Assembly: GCA_964619725.1 (NCBI GenBank)
Contig: CAZUFC010000145.1
Span: 1 to 18,989 of the forward strand
From: an uncultured bacterium
Lineage (GTDB): Bacteria; CSSED10-310; CAZUFC01
Direction: 5' to 3'
DNA length: 18,989 nucleotides
Shown: one piece after another, positions 1 through 7,375 of the stretch
Layout: every line of letters begins with the position of its first letter
Position numbering within the stretch: the first letter of the stretch is position 1
The notes under the pieces: generated by a model
Told to the model about the DNA's origin: nothing
Databases searched by the model: none
What the model saw: only the letters and a program-made list of their open reading frames with translations
Made by a program: the position numbers and the translations under genes

Positions 1-55
1 AGCGCCTGTCCATAAACTCGATTGTCGATTCAAAATTTAATGCTGGACAGCCACT
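1..55. repeat. Short element bounded by imperfect inverted repeats (possibly cut by the window edge)
   Basis: AGCGCCTGTCCA (1-12) matches the reverse complement of TGGACAGCCACT (44-55) at 10/12. It shares TCCATAAAC with the adjacent element. Confidence 0.35.
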
Positions 56-58
56 TGG

Positions 59-201
59 GTTTTTGATCCATAAACGAGCGAATTTTTCTTAAGACAAGGA
101 TGGTAAGGATTTGAGAGGCAGGGATGTTGCATATACGTTGGCTGAGCAAATCCGAAGACTGACGCAGAATTGGGAAAAATTCACCGTTTATGGACAAAAA
201 C
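59..201. mobile_element. Palindromic MITE/REP-like non-coding element (~143 bp)
   Basis: GTTTTTGATCCATAAACGAGCGAATTTTTC (59-88) is an imperfect inverted repeat of GAAAAATTCACCGTTTATGGACAAAAAC (174-201). There is an inner IR, GGATTTG (107-113) / CAAATCC (147-153). No ORF. Confidence 0.6.
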
Positions 202-241
202 TAATTACTTTGACGATACCGTGCGTCAGGCATCCGGCAAT

Positions 242-270
242 TTGTTAAAAATCAATTTTTCTGGTATTAA
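242..270 (+). promoter_or_regulatory. Candidate sigma70-type promoter for the 325-2499 gene
   Basis: TTGTTA (242-247), 17-nt spacer, TATTAA (265-270) preceded by TGn. SD GGAGG at 316-320. Confidence 0.35.
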
Positions 271-324
271 AGTAAGTCGGTCGAGAGCAGCGTGAGAACC
301 AAATGAAATAACGGCGGAGGCAAA

Positions 325-2499
325 ATGATAAAAAGACTTACGGCTATAAAAGACAAGCGTCGCGAACGACTGCCGGCGGCAGTAATTATGATCGTTCTGT
401 TTTTAATTCCCGCTTTATTTTCGCAGGAAAGTGTCAGCGCTCAAAGAACCGGAATAATCATCAACGAGATTTTTTACGATCCGGAAGGACTGGATACGGG
501 ACTGGAGTGGGTGGAAATCATCAACACGTCGGACATCATCATAGATATCACGGGATATGATTTAAGTTTCGGTGAAGGAGGATACTACACATTTCCGTCG
601 TTTTCGATCGGTCCCGGAGTTCTGGCGACGGTCCACAATAATTTGAGCGGAGAGGATACGGCAACCGATCTTTATTCTCCCGGCACGCTGAACATGCCCA
701 ACATTGCCGATTCAATCGCGCTGTTTGATTCCACCGAGCATAACGAGGATACGATCGTTGATTTCGTTCAGTACGGCAGCGGCGGCAATGCATTCGAGAC
801 GACGGCTGACGCTGCCGGAATATGGACTGCCGGGGAATATATCGAAGATGTGGCTGAAGGGCATTCGACGGGATTATGTCCTGACGGAGAGGATAATGAT
901 GCGACGACGGACTGGCATGATTTTACGAACGAAACGGAAGGCGAGTTCAACGATTGCATAATGTCCCCTTCACCGACGATAATTCCGTCGGCATCGCCGG
1001 GTACGCCGGGTGTAACGGAAACGCCGACGCCGACATTAACGTTTCCTCCTACAGGCATTCCGTCAGAAACGCCGCCGTCAGGAACTCCCACAGTCGAGCC
1101 GCCGACAGAGCCGCCGACATATACGATTATCCCCACTGAAACGCTGATTCCGACCATAACGGCATCACCGACATTGACGCCCAGCAATACGCCCTTTTTA
1201 ATTCCGACTTTTACCCCTACGCCGACTCCGACGTTAACGTCGACGCCGACGCTGACTCCGAGCGTGACGATGACGATTACCGCTACAGCTTATTATTCGC
1301 CGACAACAACCTTGACGCCGGTTCCCACCATAACTCTGACGCCTGCCCCACCCAATTACGGACCCGATATTCTGGCGGCAGGATATTTGAGGTCATACCT
1401 GGACGAAAGCAACGGCGGTACCATGAACCTTACCGCAATAATACAGGATGCCGAAGGCGACCCCATTACGGAAATAGCCCTCTATTATGGAGGAAAACCG
1501 GCCGGCGTTACGGAACAGATTGATGACGACGACGGGTTCCATGTCTGGAATATGACGCCCCTGGTAATAGACTCAGCGCTGCCCACGGGCGAATACCTGT
1601 TTGAGCTGGCCGCATTCGACGACAGGGGAGAACAAGGAAACTTCTGGCCATACCTTCATTCGGGAAGGCAGGACATCGGCGTGCATACCCCGCCGTGGTA
1701 CGCCGGCGCCTTTTCCGAACCCGGTTCAGACGACGGACCGGATATCCAGTTAGCCGGCTACTGGGATACCATAATCGACGAACAGGGCGGCGAAATGACG
1801 ATCATCGCCTATGTCACCGATCCCCAGGGTCAGCAGGACGTGGAAAAGGTGGAAATTTACGCGGGAGGAACAGCTACCGGTTTACTTTTGAAAGACGACG
1901 GAGCAAGCGGCGATTTCAACCCCGGCGACGGCATATTCGGCTACCGGATTCCCCTGGCCCCGGGTGAACTCCCCGAAGGATACTACCTTCTGGAACTGAG
2001 GGCATCCGACCGCGAACAGAATAAAAGCGAACTATGGCCCTATCTTATCATTCACGATGCAACGGAAACCACACCCACAAGAACGCCCACGCCCACCAAT
2101 ACGCCGAAAGAGAATCCGAACACTCCGCCGCCGGATGCCACCGCTACGCCTACCCCGGAATCCGATTGCCTCAGCGCCGGACCCCTGTCACACGACTTCG
2201 GACTTGTCTGGAGAGGTGACATCGGACCTGAAGAATCCGTCACAATCATCAACAACAATTGCAGTTTTGCGGTTCAAATAGAGTTGTCGTCGGACAATCC
2301 CGATAATTTCCGCATTACTGATCCGGCGGCATGCGAATCAGGCTGCACTATTACGATCAATCCCAACGATTCCAAAGAGATAAAAATGCGGTTCACCCCC
2401 CAATCGTGCGGAGGTATTAACGGCAATCTCGTAATTACCCGAACGAACGGCAATGAATCGATAACCGTAAGTCTGACGGGAACCGGCAGGTGCGTTTGA
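325..2499 (+). CDS. Secreted multidomain protein: lamin-tail domain (LTD), Pro/Thr linker, two tandem 'WPYL' domains, C-terminal choice-of-anchor-D/ASH-like Ig domain
   Basis: SD GGAGG and a signal peptide. IIINEIFYDP...EWVEIIN...DITGY is the LTD signature. P/T linker at ~961-1353. Repeats GPDI.AGY...WPYL at ~1360-1659 and ~1735-2052, the second with LKDDGASGDFNPGDG. The C-terminus HDFG...VTIIN...F...RFTP...G.L.I...VSLTGTG fits choice-of-anchor D. Confidence 0.9.
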   Translation: MIKRLTAIKDKRRERLPAAVIMIVLFLIPALFSQESVSAQRTGIIINEIFYDPEGLDTGLEWVEIINTSDIIIDITGYDLSFGEGGYYTFPSFSIGPGVLATVHNNLSGEDTATDLYSPGTLNMPNIADSIALFDSTEHNEDTIVDFVQYGSGGNAFETTADAAGIWTAGEYIEDVAEGHSTGLCPDGEDNDATTDWHDFTNETEGEFNDCIMSPSPTIIPSASPGTPGVTETPTPTLTFPPTGIPSETPPSGTPTVEPPTEPPTYTIIPTETLIPTITASPTLTPSNTPFLIPTFTPTPTPTLTSTPTLTPSVTMTITATAYYSPTTTLTPVPTITLTPAPPNYGPDILAAGYLRSYLDESNGGTMNLTAIIQDAEGDPITEIALYYGGKPAGVTEQIDDDDGFHVWNMTPLVIDSALPTGEYLFELAAFDDRGEQGNFWPYLHSGRQDIGVHTPPWYAGAFSEPGSDDGPDIQLAGYWDTIIDEQGGEMTIIAYVTDPQGQQDVEKVEIYAGGTATGLLLKDDGASGDFNPGDGIFGYRIPLAPGELPEGYYLLELRASDREQNKSELWPYLIIHDATETTPTRTPTPTNTPKENPNTPPPDATATPTPESDCLSAGPLSHDFGLVWRGDIGPEESVTIINNNCSFAVQIELSSDNPDNFRITDPAACESGCTITINPNDSKEIKMRFTPQSCGGINGNLVITRTNGNESITVSLTGTGRCV

Positions 2500-2504
2500 A
2501 GCCT

Positions 2505-2687
2505 TAGCCCGCATTTCTCATACAAAACCTGTTACGAGCGTCCATATCCCCGCACCTTCAAGCGCTGCTCCCTGCGGCCTTGCTCAACGTAGCGCTGCTA
2601 TGTTTCCGCAGTCCTTCAGTCCGCCATGCTTGAATCTGCGGGAATCTGAACGCTCTCACTACGATTTTGTATGAGAAATCCGGGTTA
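2505..2687. mobile_element. Long-hairpin MITE-like element (~183 bp) just after the 325-2499 stop codon
   Basis: Terminal IR 2505-2527 vs 2665-2687 (21/23), second IR 2536-2563 vs 2628-2655 (23/28), and an apical AACGTAGC-GCT-GCTATGTT hairpin. Confidence 0.7.
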
Positions 2688-2843
2688 GGAGTAGTCATTT
2701 AAACGGATTTACGCTTTTTTTAAAATCGTTTGGTTGATTGAACCAATCGAAAAAATCGGCGCATTAAATTTCCCCTTAATCAAAGTTGACTATCACACAC
2801 GCTTAACGCAATAATGCTGACTCCGAATGGGTTAAACAGATTT

Positions 2844-3059
2844 TCAATACCAGAAGTATTTTTTATCCCAATCGACGCCCTGTTTTTCCAGTAGCTTCAT
2901 GAATTCCTGCTTAAAGTCTTTTCGATGATGTTTTTCCGTATTTCATCAGCGGAGCCAGATGTCCGGGGCTGATTGAGAAGGCGCCGTATCCGCTCTGCGG
3001 CAAAAATTTGATAAAGATGGGGGTTCACCTTTAATCCATATGGACGAATCTTTTTTCAG
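2844..3059 (-). pseudogene. tnpA: IS200/IS605-family (Y1 HUH, TnpA/RAYT-like) transposase C-terminal remnant with two frame disruptions
   Basis: Manual minus-strand translation reads LKKDSSIWIKGEPPSLSNF [shift ~3000] QSGYGAFSISPGHLAPLMKY [shift ~2937] EKHHRKDFKQEFMKLLEKQGVDWDKKYFWY*. This matches the Y1_Tnp C-terminal pattern K..SS.WI...F.WQ.GYGAFSVS...YI.NQ..HH...F.EE...LL....V.YD..Y.W. The N-terminal HUH half is absent. Confidence 0.85.
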
Positions 3060-3122
3060 GCATTGATCCAAAATGTATCTTTTGAAATTACAATGTTTCC
3101 GAATATTCCAGCATTTTGTTTC

Positions 3123-3260
3123 GATTCCGATACCGACCCCGACCCCGATATCGATCCCGATTCCGACCCCGATCCTGACCCTGATTTCGTCCCCGACCCC
3201 GATCCTGACCCTGATTTCGTCCCCGACCCCGATACCGATCCTGATTTCGATCCCGACACA
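3123..3260. repeat. Hexamer tandem repeat, 23 units, consensus GAYCCY
   Basis: Units such as GATTCC, GATACC, GACCCC, GATCCT. Contains a perfect 30-bp duplication (3165-3194 = 3195-3224). Confidence 0.95.
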
Positions 3261-3289
3261 TAAATAAACGGCTCTTGATGAAAAAAACA

Positions 3290-3348
3290 GGGGATTTCAA
3301 TCATTCAAGGGTTTTCTGAAAAAGTGTAATCCCCGTTTGATCAGTCCC
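3290..3348 (-). repeat. Copy or remnant of the GGGACTGATCAAAC-ended element also found at 6901
   Basis: The reverse complement of 3321-3348 (GGGACTGATCAAACGGGGATTACACTTT) matches 6901-6928 (GGGACTGATCAAACCGTGGTTACACTTC) at 24/28. Weaker similarity continues for ~25 bp. Confidence 0.6.
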
Positions 3349-3364
3349 TGATTTTTATTGATTC

Positions 3365-3394
3365 TTGAAAAGTTTTGAATCGATTCCTTATAAT
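3365..3394 (+). promoter_or_regulatory. Candidate sigma70-type promoter for 3461-4741
   Basis: TTGAAA (3365-3370), 18-nt spacer, TATAAT (3389-3394). Confidence 0.5.
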
Positions 3395-3460
3395 GGAAGG
3401 GGAGTGAATCCCGAGGATTGACGAAAATATAACCATAAAACAAGGAAAGAGAAAAACACT

Positions 3461-4741
3461 ATGCGCAAAGTATTCATTTTTTTCCTTTTATTGTTTTTAT
3501 TTGTTTCTGGAAGTAACGGAGCCTGGTGGTTCGAGGAAATCAATTATTCGCCTGCGGGATCGCCGTATGAGGACGACAGCATTGAAAGCATAGACTGGCG
3601 GCCTCAGGGCGATTATGCAGTCATCGCATCATCGGAAGTTTTATTGCGTTATGAGTATCCCGCAGGCCCTTTGACGTATGCGATTTATCCGGACATGAAC
3701 CTGGACAGAATCAAGTGGGCTCCCGACGGTTCCTATGCTTTGATTACGGGAGGAACGCACATATACAGATATGAACATTCGGAGACGGGATTCGGCAGCG
3801 TAACGGAGCTGACGTCGATTGAAAAGAATGATCCATCGGATACTGTTACGTTTTATGACGTCGTGTGGAATCCGGCAGCCCCTCAATCGCCTCCTTATAT
3901 AACGACAAATTATGAAAGCGGGACGCATCAGATACGGGTATACCGATATGAGCCGGGTCATTCGCCTGACGAGTTATGGATAGATTATTCGGGAGGAACG
4001 ACCTATGCGTCCCAATGGGATTATATTCCCATATCTGCAGCGTTTCAGGCTGACGGCGATTATTTCGTTATAGCCGACAAAAGCGATACGGGCATTTATG
4101 TATATGATCCGGACGGCAGTACCTTTCCCAAGGAAGTAAGCGGAAGCATGCAGTTTTACTACAGTCCGGGCAATGTCGGGAATGCATGCGCCGTGACCAT
4201 GAGTCCGGTATCGGGCAAGAGGTTCGTTTTGCTGAAAGGCAGCGGCGAAGTGCAGAGGTTGACCCAGACGGGTTTGCCGCCGACTTTCGAGTGGGATGAA
4301 CCGGGAGGACCGAACATGACCAACTATCGAGGCGATGCTGATTACAGCGGTACGGGACTGAAAGCCGTGGTTGTGGAGCGGGAAATGTGGTCACCCTATC
4401 ACCGCATCGGCACCTTCGATAATGACGGCAATTTTACCGGAGGAATCGATACGGTGACTCTTTCCGAACAGAGATCGCTGAGAATTGACGCGGTTGATTG
4501 GCACCCGTATGCCGGCATGGGACTCATGGCGGGAGAAGACCGCTGGATCATACGCTTTCAAACCGACGAAATACCCACCGTAACGCCGACGCAAGGCCCA
4601 ACGGATACCCCCGTTCCTATACCCACGTTCACTCCGACGCCTTTTCCCACCCCGTCAGTTCCCGCTATGAAAACATATTCCATCCTCCTGTTAATGCTGC
4701 TTATGGGAACCATCCTGATCAGAGCAAAACGTTTTTCTTGA
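3461..4741 (+). CDS. Secreted WD40-like beta-propeller protein with Pro/Thr linker and IPTL-CTERM-like membrane anchor
   Basis: Signal peptide MRKVFIFFLLLFLFVSGSNG. Blade motifs SIDWRPQGDYAVI, RIKWAPDGSYALI, DVVWNP, SAAFQADGDYFVI and AVDWHPYAG. C-terminus VPAMKTYS + hydrophobic helix + RAKRFS. Confidence 0.88.
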   Translation: MRKVFIFFLLLFLFVSGSNGAWWFEEINYSPAGSPYEDDSIESIDWRPQGDYAVIASSEVLLRYEYPAGPLTYAIYPDMNLDRIKWAPDGSYALITGGTHIYRYEHSETGFGSVTELTSIEKNDPSDTVTFYDVVWNPAAPQSPPYITTNYESGTHQIRVYRYEPGHSPDELWIDYSGGTTYASQWDYIPISAAFQADGDYFVIADKSDTGIYVYDPDGSTFPKEVSGSMQFYYSPGNVGNACAVTMSPVSGKRFVLLKGSGEVQRLTQTGLPPTFEWDEPGGPNMTNYRGDADYSGTGLKAVVVEREMWSPYHRIGTFDNDGNFTGGIDTVTLSEQRSLRIDAVDWHPYAGMGLMAGEDRWIIRFQTDEIPTVTPTQGPTDTPVPIPTFTPTPFPTPSVPAMKTYSILLLMLLMGTILIRAKRFS

Positions 4742-4796
4742 TTTGATGCGATAAAAACTGTCAATAAAAAAATCTCGCTTATGTTTCCCGGTAAAC

Positions 4797-4827
4797 TTGA
4801 CTAAGCCGACTATTTTATATATATCAT
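4797..4827 (+). promoter_or_regulatory. Possible promoter for 4905-6908
   Basis: TTGACT (4797-4802) followed by an AT-rich TATATATATCAT tract. The -10 register is ambiguous. SD AGGAGG lies just upstream of 4905. Confidence 0.3.
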
Positions 4828-4904
4828 GATTAAAAAGCAGGACCGCCGATTTTAACGGCATCGGAACGACAGGTTCGTAAACGCTTGAACAAGGAGGCTT
4901 ATCA

Positions 4905-6908
4905 ATGAAAAGGGCATCAGTTTTTCTCATTATGTGCATTTTCTCTGCAGCTTTTTTTTCTGCATATGCGGCAGAAGATCACCGGGACGTCAAAACCATA
5001 TACCAGATTCAAAATGAAAGCGATCCCGGTCACCCTCCCTTGGGCAGCGAAGTAACGATTGAAAATGTTGTTGTAACGGCTATGAAGGTCAACAGGATTA
5101 ATTTCTGGGTTGAAGAGACCGGTGCGGGTCAATGGAGCGGCATCATGATTTACGATCCCAGCGGTCTGGCTCCGGCAGATATGGCCGTCGGCGATGAACT
5201 GACGATAACCGGAATAACCGCTGAATATTATGACGTAACGGAGATAGAGGCTTCGGCCGTAACGAGAACCAATACGGAACAGACCGTGCCGGGTCCTGAT
5301 GAAGTGAATTCCGCCGATATCGGGACCGGCGGCGCTTTAGCTGAAAACTATGAAAGCGTGCTGGTTAGAATCAGCGATGCGGAAGTTACCGATCAGAACC
5401 CTGATGCTCCATCAGATTTCGGCGAATTTGAAGTGGATGGAGTTTTAAGAATCGACGATCTGTTATTCGAACACAATCCTGCTCTCGGAGCTAATTTCAA
5501 TTCTATTACAGGCATACATTATTATTCATATTCCAATTTCAAACTCGAACCCAGAGACTGCTGGGACTACAGTCCCAACGTCTGCATACCCGCAGACCAC
5601 ACGATTTATGAAATCCAGGACGTCTCGCATCCTTCGCATCCTTCTGAAGGCGCTTTCGTGCGTATAACCGGCGTTATAGTCACCGCAGTTACGGAAAATA
5701 AAATAAACTTCTGGGTAGAGGAGACTGCAGGAGGAGAATGGAGCGGCATACTTGTTCATGATCCAAATTCGTTGGGACCGGAAGACCTGGACCGGGGCGA
5801 CGAATTGACTATATCGGGAATATACAGCGAATATTATGACGTCACAGAACTTGAGGCTTCAAACATCGTCAGGACCGCAACGGACCAGAGGATACCAGGA
5901 CCTGACGTTGTGGATTCAGCGGATATAGGAACAGGCGGAAGTCTTGCGGAAAATTATGAAAGCGTCCTGGTGCAGATCAACTCCCCTTCAGTCACTGATA
6001 CGAATCCTGACGCCCCGGACGACTTCGGGGAATTCGAAGTGGACGGTGTATTGAGGATCAGCGATTATTTCATCGAACATAATCCGGATTTGGGAACTAT
6101 CTTTCTTTCGATAACGGGCATTCATTACTATTCATACGGCGAATACAAATTGAATCCCCGGGACTGCCTGGATTATGATCCGGATATCTGCGCTCCTCTG
6201 GAACTGACCGTTTACCAGATACAGAATCCCAGCGATCCCGATCATCCCGCAGAAGCTTCGCTCGTTCGCATAACGGATGTGATCGTGACCGCCAAATACG
6301 ACAATAATCTTAAATTCTGGGTGGAAGAACCCGGAGCCGGACAATGGAGCGGCATATTGATTTTCGATCCTGACGGATATGCTCCTTCAGACCTGGCCAT
6401 CGGCGATCAATTGACGGTTCAGGGGCTCTACGACGAATATTATCAGCTCAGCCAGATACAGGCGCAGGAAATAACCAGAACAGCGACAGGACAAACAGCG
6501 CCCGGTCCTGATTTGGTGAATTCCGTCGATATTGCCGATGGAGGAGCCCTGGCTGAAAATTATGAAGGAGTATTCGTACGTATCGCCGATCCGGTCGTGA
6601 CGAATGTCAATCCCGATGCGCCTGATGATTACGGCGAATTCGAAGTCGATGATGTTCTCAGAGTCGATGATCTTTTCTTCCTATATAACCCGGTTCTCGA
6701 CGAATCGTTCGATCATATCGACGGTATCCACCATTTTGAATTCGGACAGTTTAAACTTGAGCCCCGTTCATGTTATGACTTCTCGCCCGACGTCTGCAAT
6801 CCTGTCCCCGCTTTGACTGCCTGGAGCGTCTTAACGCTCCTTTTAATTATCGGATTCATTCTTTTTCATTCAATTTCAGTGCAGACATCAACCATTTTTT
6901 GGGACTGA
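4905..6908 (+). CDS. Secreted/anchored protein of three 202-aa repeats resembling the OB-fold modules of YhcR/ExeM-type extracellular nucleases; no catalytic domain; IPTL-CTERM-like tail
   Basis: SD AGGAGG and a signal peptide ending AYA. Each repeat reads TIYQIQ...V.I..V.VTA...FWVEE...WSGI...GD.LT..G...EYY...E.YE.V.V.I...FGEF...ITGI..Y..FKLEPR. Tail is VPALTAWS + hydrophobic helix. Confidence 0.9.
   Translation: MKRASVFLIMCIFSAAFFSAYAAEDHRDVKTIYQIQNESDPGHPPLGSEVTIENVVVTAMKVNRINFWVEETGAGQWSGIMIYDPSGLAPADMAVGDELTITGITAEYYDVTEIEASAVTRTNTEQTVPGPDEVNSADIGTGGALAENYESVLVRISDAEVTDQNPDAPSDFGEFEVDGVLRIDDLLFEHNPALGANFNSITGIHYYSYSNFKLEPRDCWDYSPNVCIPADHTIYEIQDVSHPSHPSEGAFVRITGVIVTAVTENKINFWVEETAGGEWSGILVHDPNSLGPEDLDRGDELTISGIYSEYYDVTELEASNIVRTATDQRIPGPDVVDSADIGTGGSLAENYESVLVQINSPSVTDTNPDAPDDFGEFEVDGVLRISDYFIEHNPDLGTIFLSITGIHYYSYGEYKLNPRDCLDYDPDICAPLELTVYQIQNPSDPDHPAEASLVRITDVIVTAKYDNNLKFWVEEPGAGQWSGILIFDPDGYAPSDLAIGDQLTVQGLYDEYYQLSQIQAQEITRTATGQTAPGPDLVNSVDIADGGALAENYEGVFVRIADPVVTNVNPDAPDDYGEFEVDDVLRVDDLFFLYNPVLDESFDHIDGIHHFEFGQFKLEPRSCYDFSPDVCNPVPALTAWSVLTLLLIIGFILFHSISVQTSTIFWD
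4995..6800 (+). repeat. Intragenic triple repeat with an exact 606-bp period
   Basis: Units start at 4995 (TIYQIQ), 5601 (TIYEIQ) and 6207 (TVYQIQ). Each ends in PR[DS]C-x7-C. Confidence 0.95.
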
Positions 6909-6999
6909 TCAAACCGTGGTTACACTTCTTTCAAAATTTCTTTATTATTCAAGGCTGCAAAAAATGTAACCTCGAAACGCAAACATCTGATCAGCGCCC
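6901..6999. mobile_element. MITE-like element overlapping the 4905-6908 stop codon
   Basis: Ends are GGGACTGATCA (6901-6911) and TGATCAGCGCCC (6988-6999). Inner IR GGTTACA/TGTAACC. A homologous copy lies at 3290-3348. Confidence 0.5.
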
Positions 7000-7019
7000 A
7001 AATTAGGATACTGCCGAAA
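7000..7019 (+). repeat. Left copy of a 20-bp direct repeat flanking the hicBA module
   Basis: AAATTAGGATACTGCCGAAA, 19/20 identical to 7812-7831. Confidence 0.8.
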
Positions 7020-7038
7020 TTTGGTTGTGTTCAAATTT

Positions 7039-7053
7039 GAAATCCGGGTTAGG
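7039..7053 (+). repeat. Isolated right end of the 2505-2687 element family
   Basis: GAAATCCGGGTTAGG is identical to 2675-2689. Confidence 0.55.
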
Positions 7054-7081
7054 GAGCGGGGATTGCACAGTTTTTGCTGGA

Positions 7082-7375
7082 CTATTTTATGGTTTTTTGT
7101 TTTTTTAAGCTATTTTCCGTCCAACAAATTTGTTCTAGCAGTTGTTTCAGTAAGGACCAATTGTTAAATCTTTCTTTTGGATGGTAGTGGATTGTAAGGT
7201 AGTCTTGAGGTTTGGGTAATGAAGGATTTCGAAAGGCTTGAACTGCTCCGCTAGTGGAGACGTGTTCCCACCTTGAGTCTTTCTTCAATAACCTGATATA
7301 GTCCTTTTTTGTTTTGGCTAAAAGCTGATCCTTAGCCTGTTTTGACCATTTTTTTTCGGGTGGTCGGCGATGCAT
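7082..7375 (-). CDS. hicA: HicA-like toxin (dsRBD fold), divergent; start ATG 7375 or GTG 7384
   Basis: Small basic protein. KDYIRLLKK..W....SG....F.NP......LTIHYH....SLLKQLLEQI.WT...L follows the HicA pattern. It lies directly downstream of, and overlaps, the hicB-like gene. Confidence 0.7.
   Translation of the reverse strand: MHRRPPEKKWSKQAKDQLLAKTKKDYIRLLKKDSRWEHVSTSGAVQAFRNPSLPKPQDYLTIHYHPKERFNNWSLLKQLLEQICWTENSLKKQKTIK

Noticed and set aside
3123-3260. Possible CRISPR array
   Set aside because: Contiguous short tandem units with no unique spacers and no cas genes. The same applies to 14423-14506 and 7728-7765.
3056-3304. Four overlapping ORFs (GS-, DP-, IP- and RG-repeat peptides)
   Set aside because: They are open only because the hexamer repeat lacks stops in several frames. 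None has a convincing SD or ATG, so none is called as a CDS.
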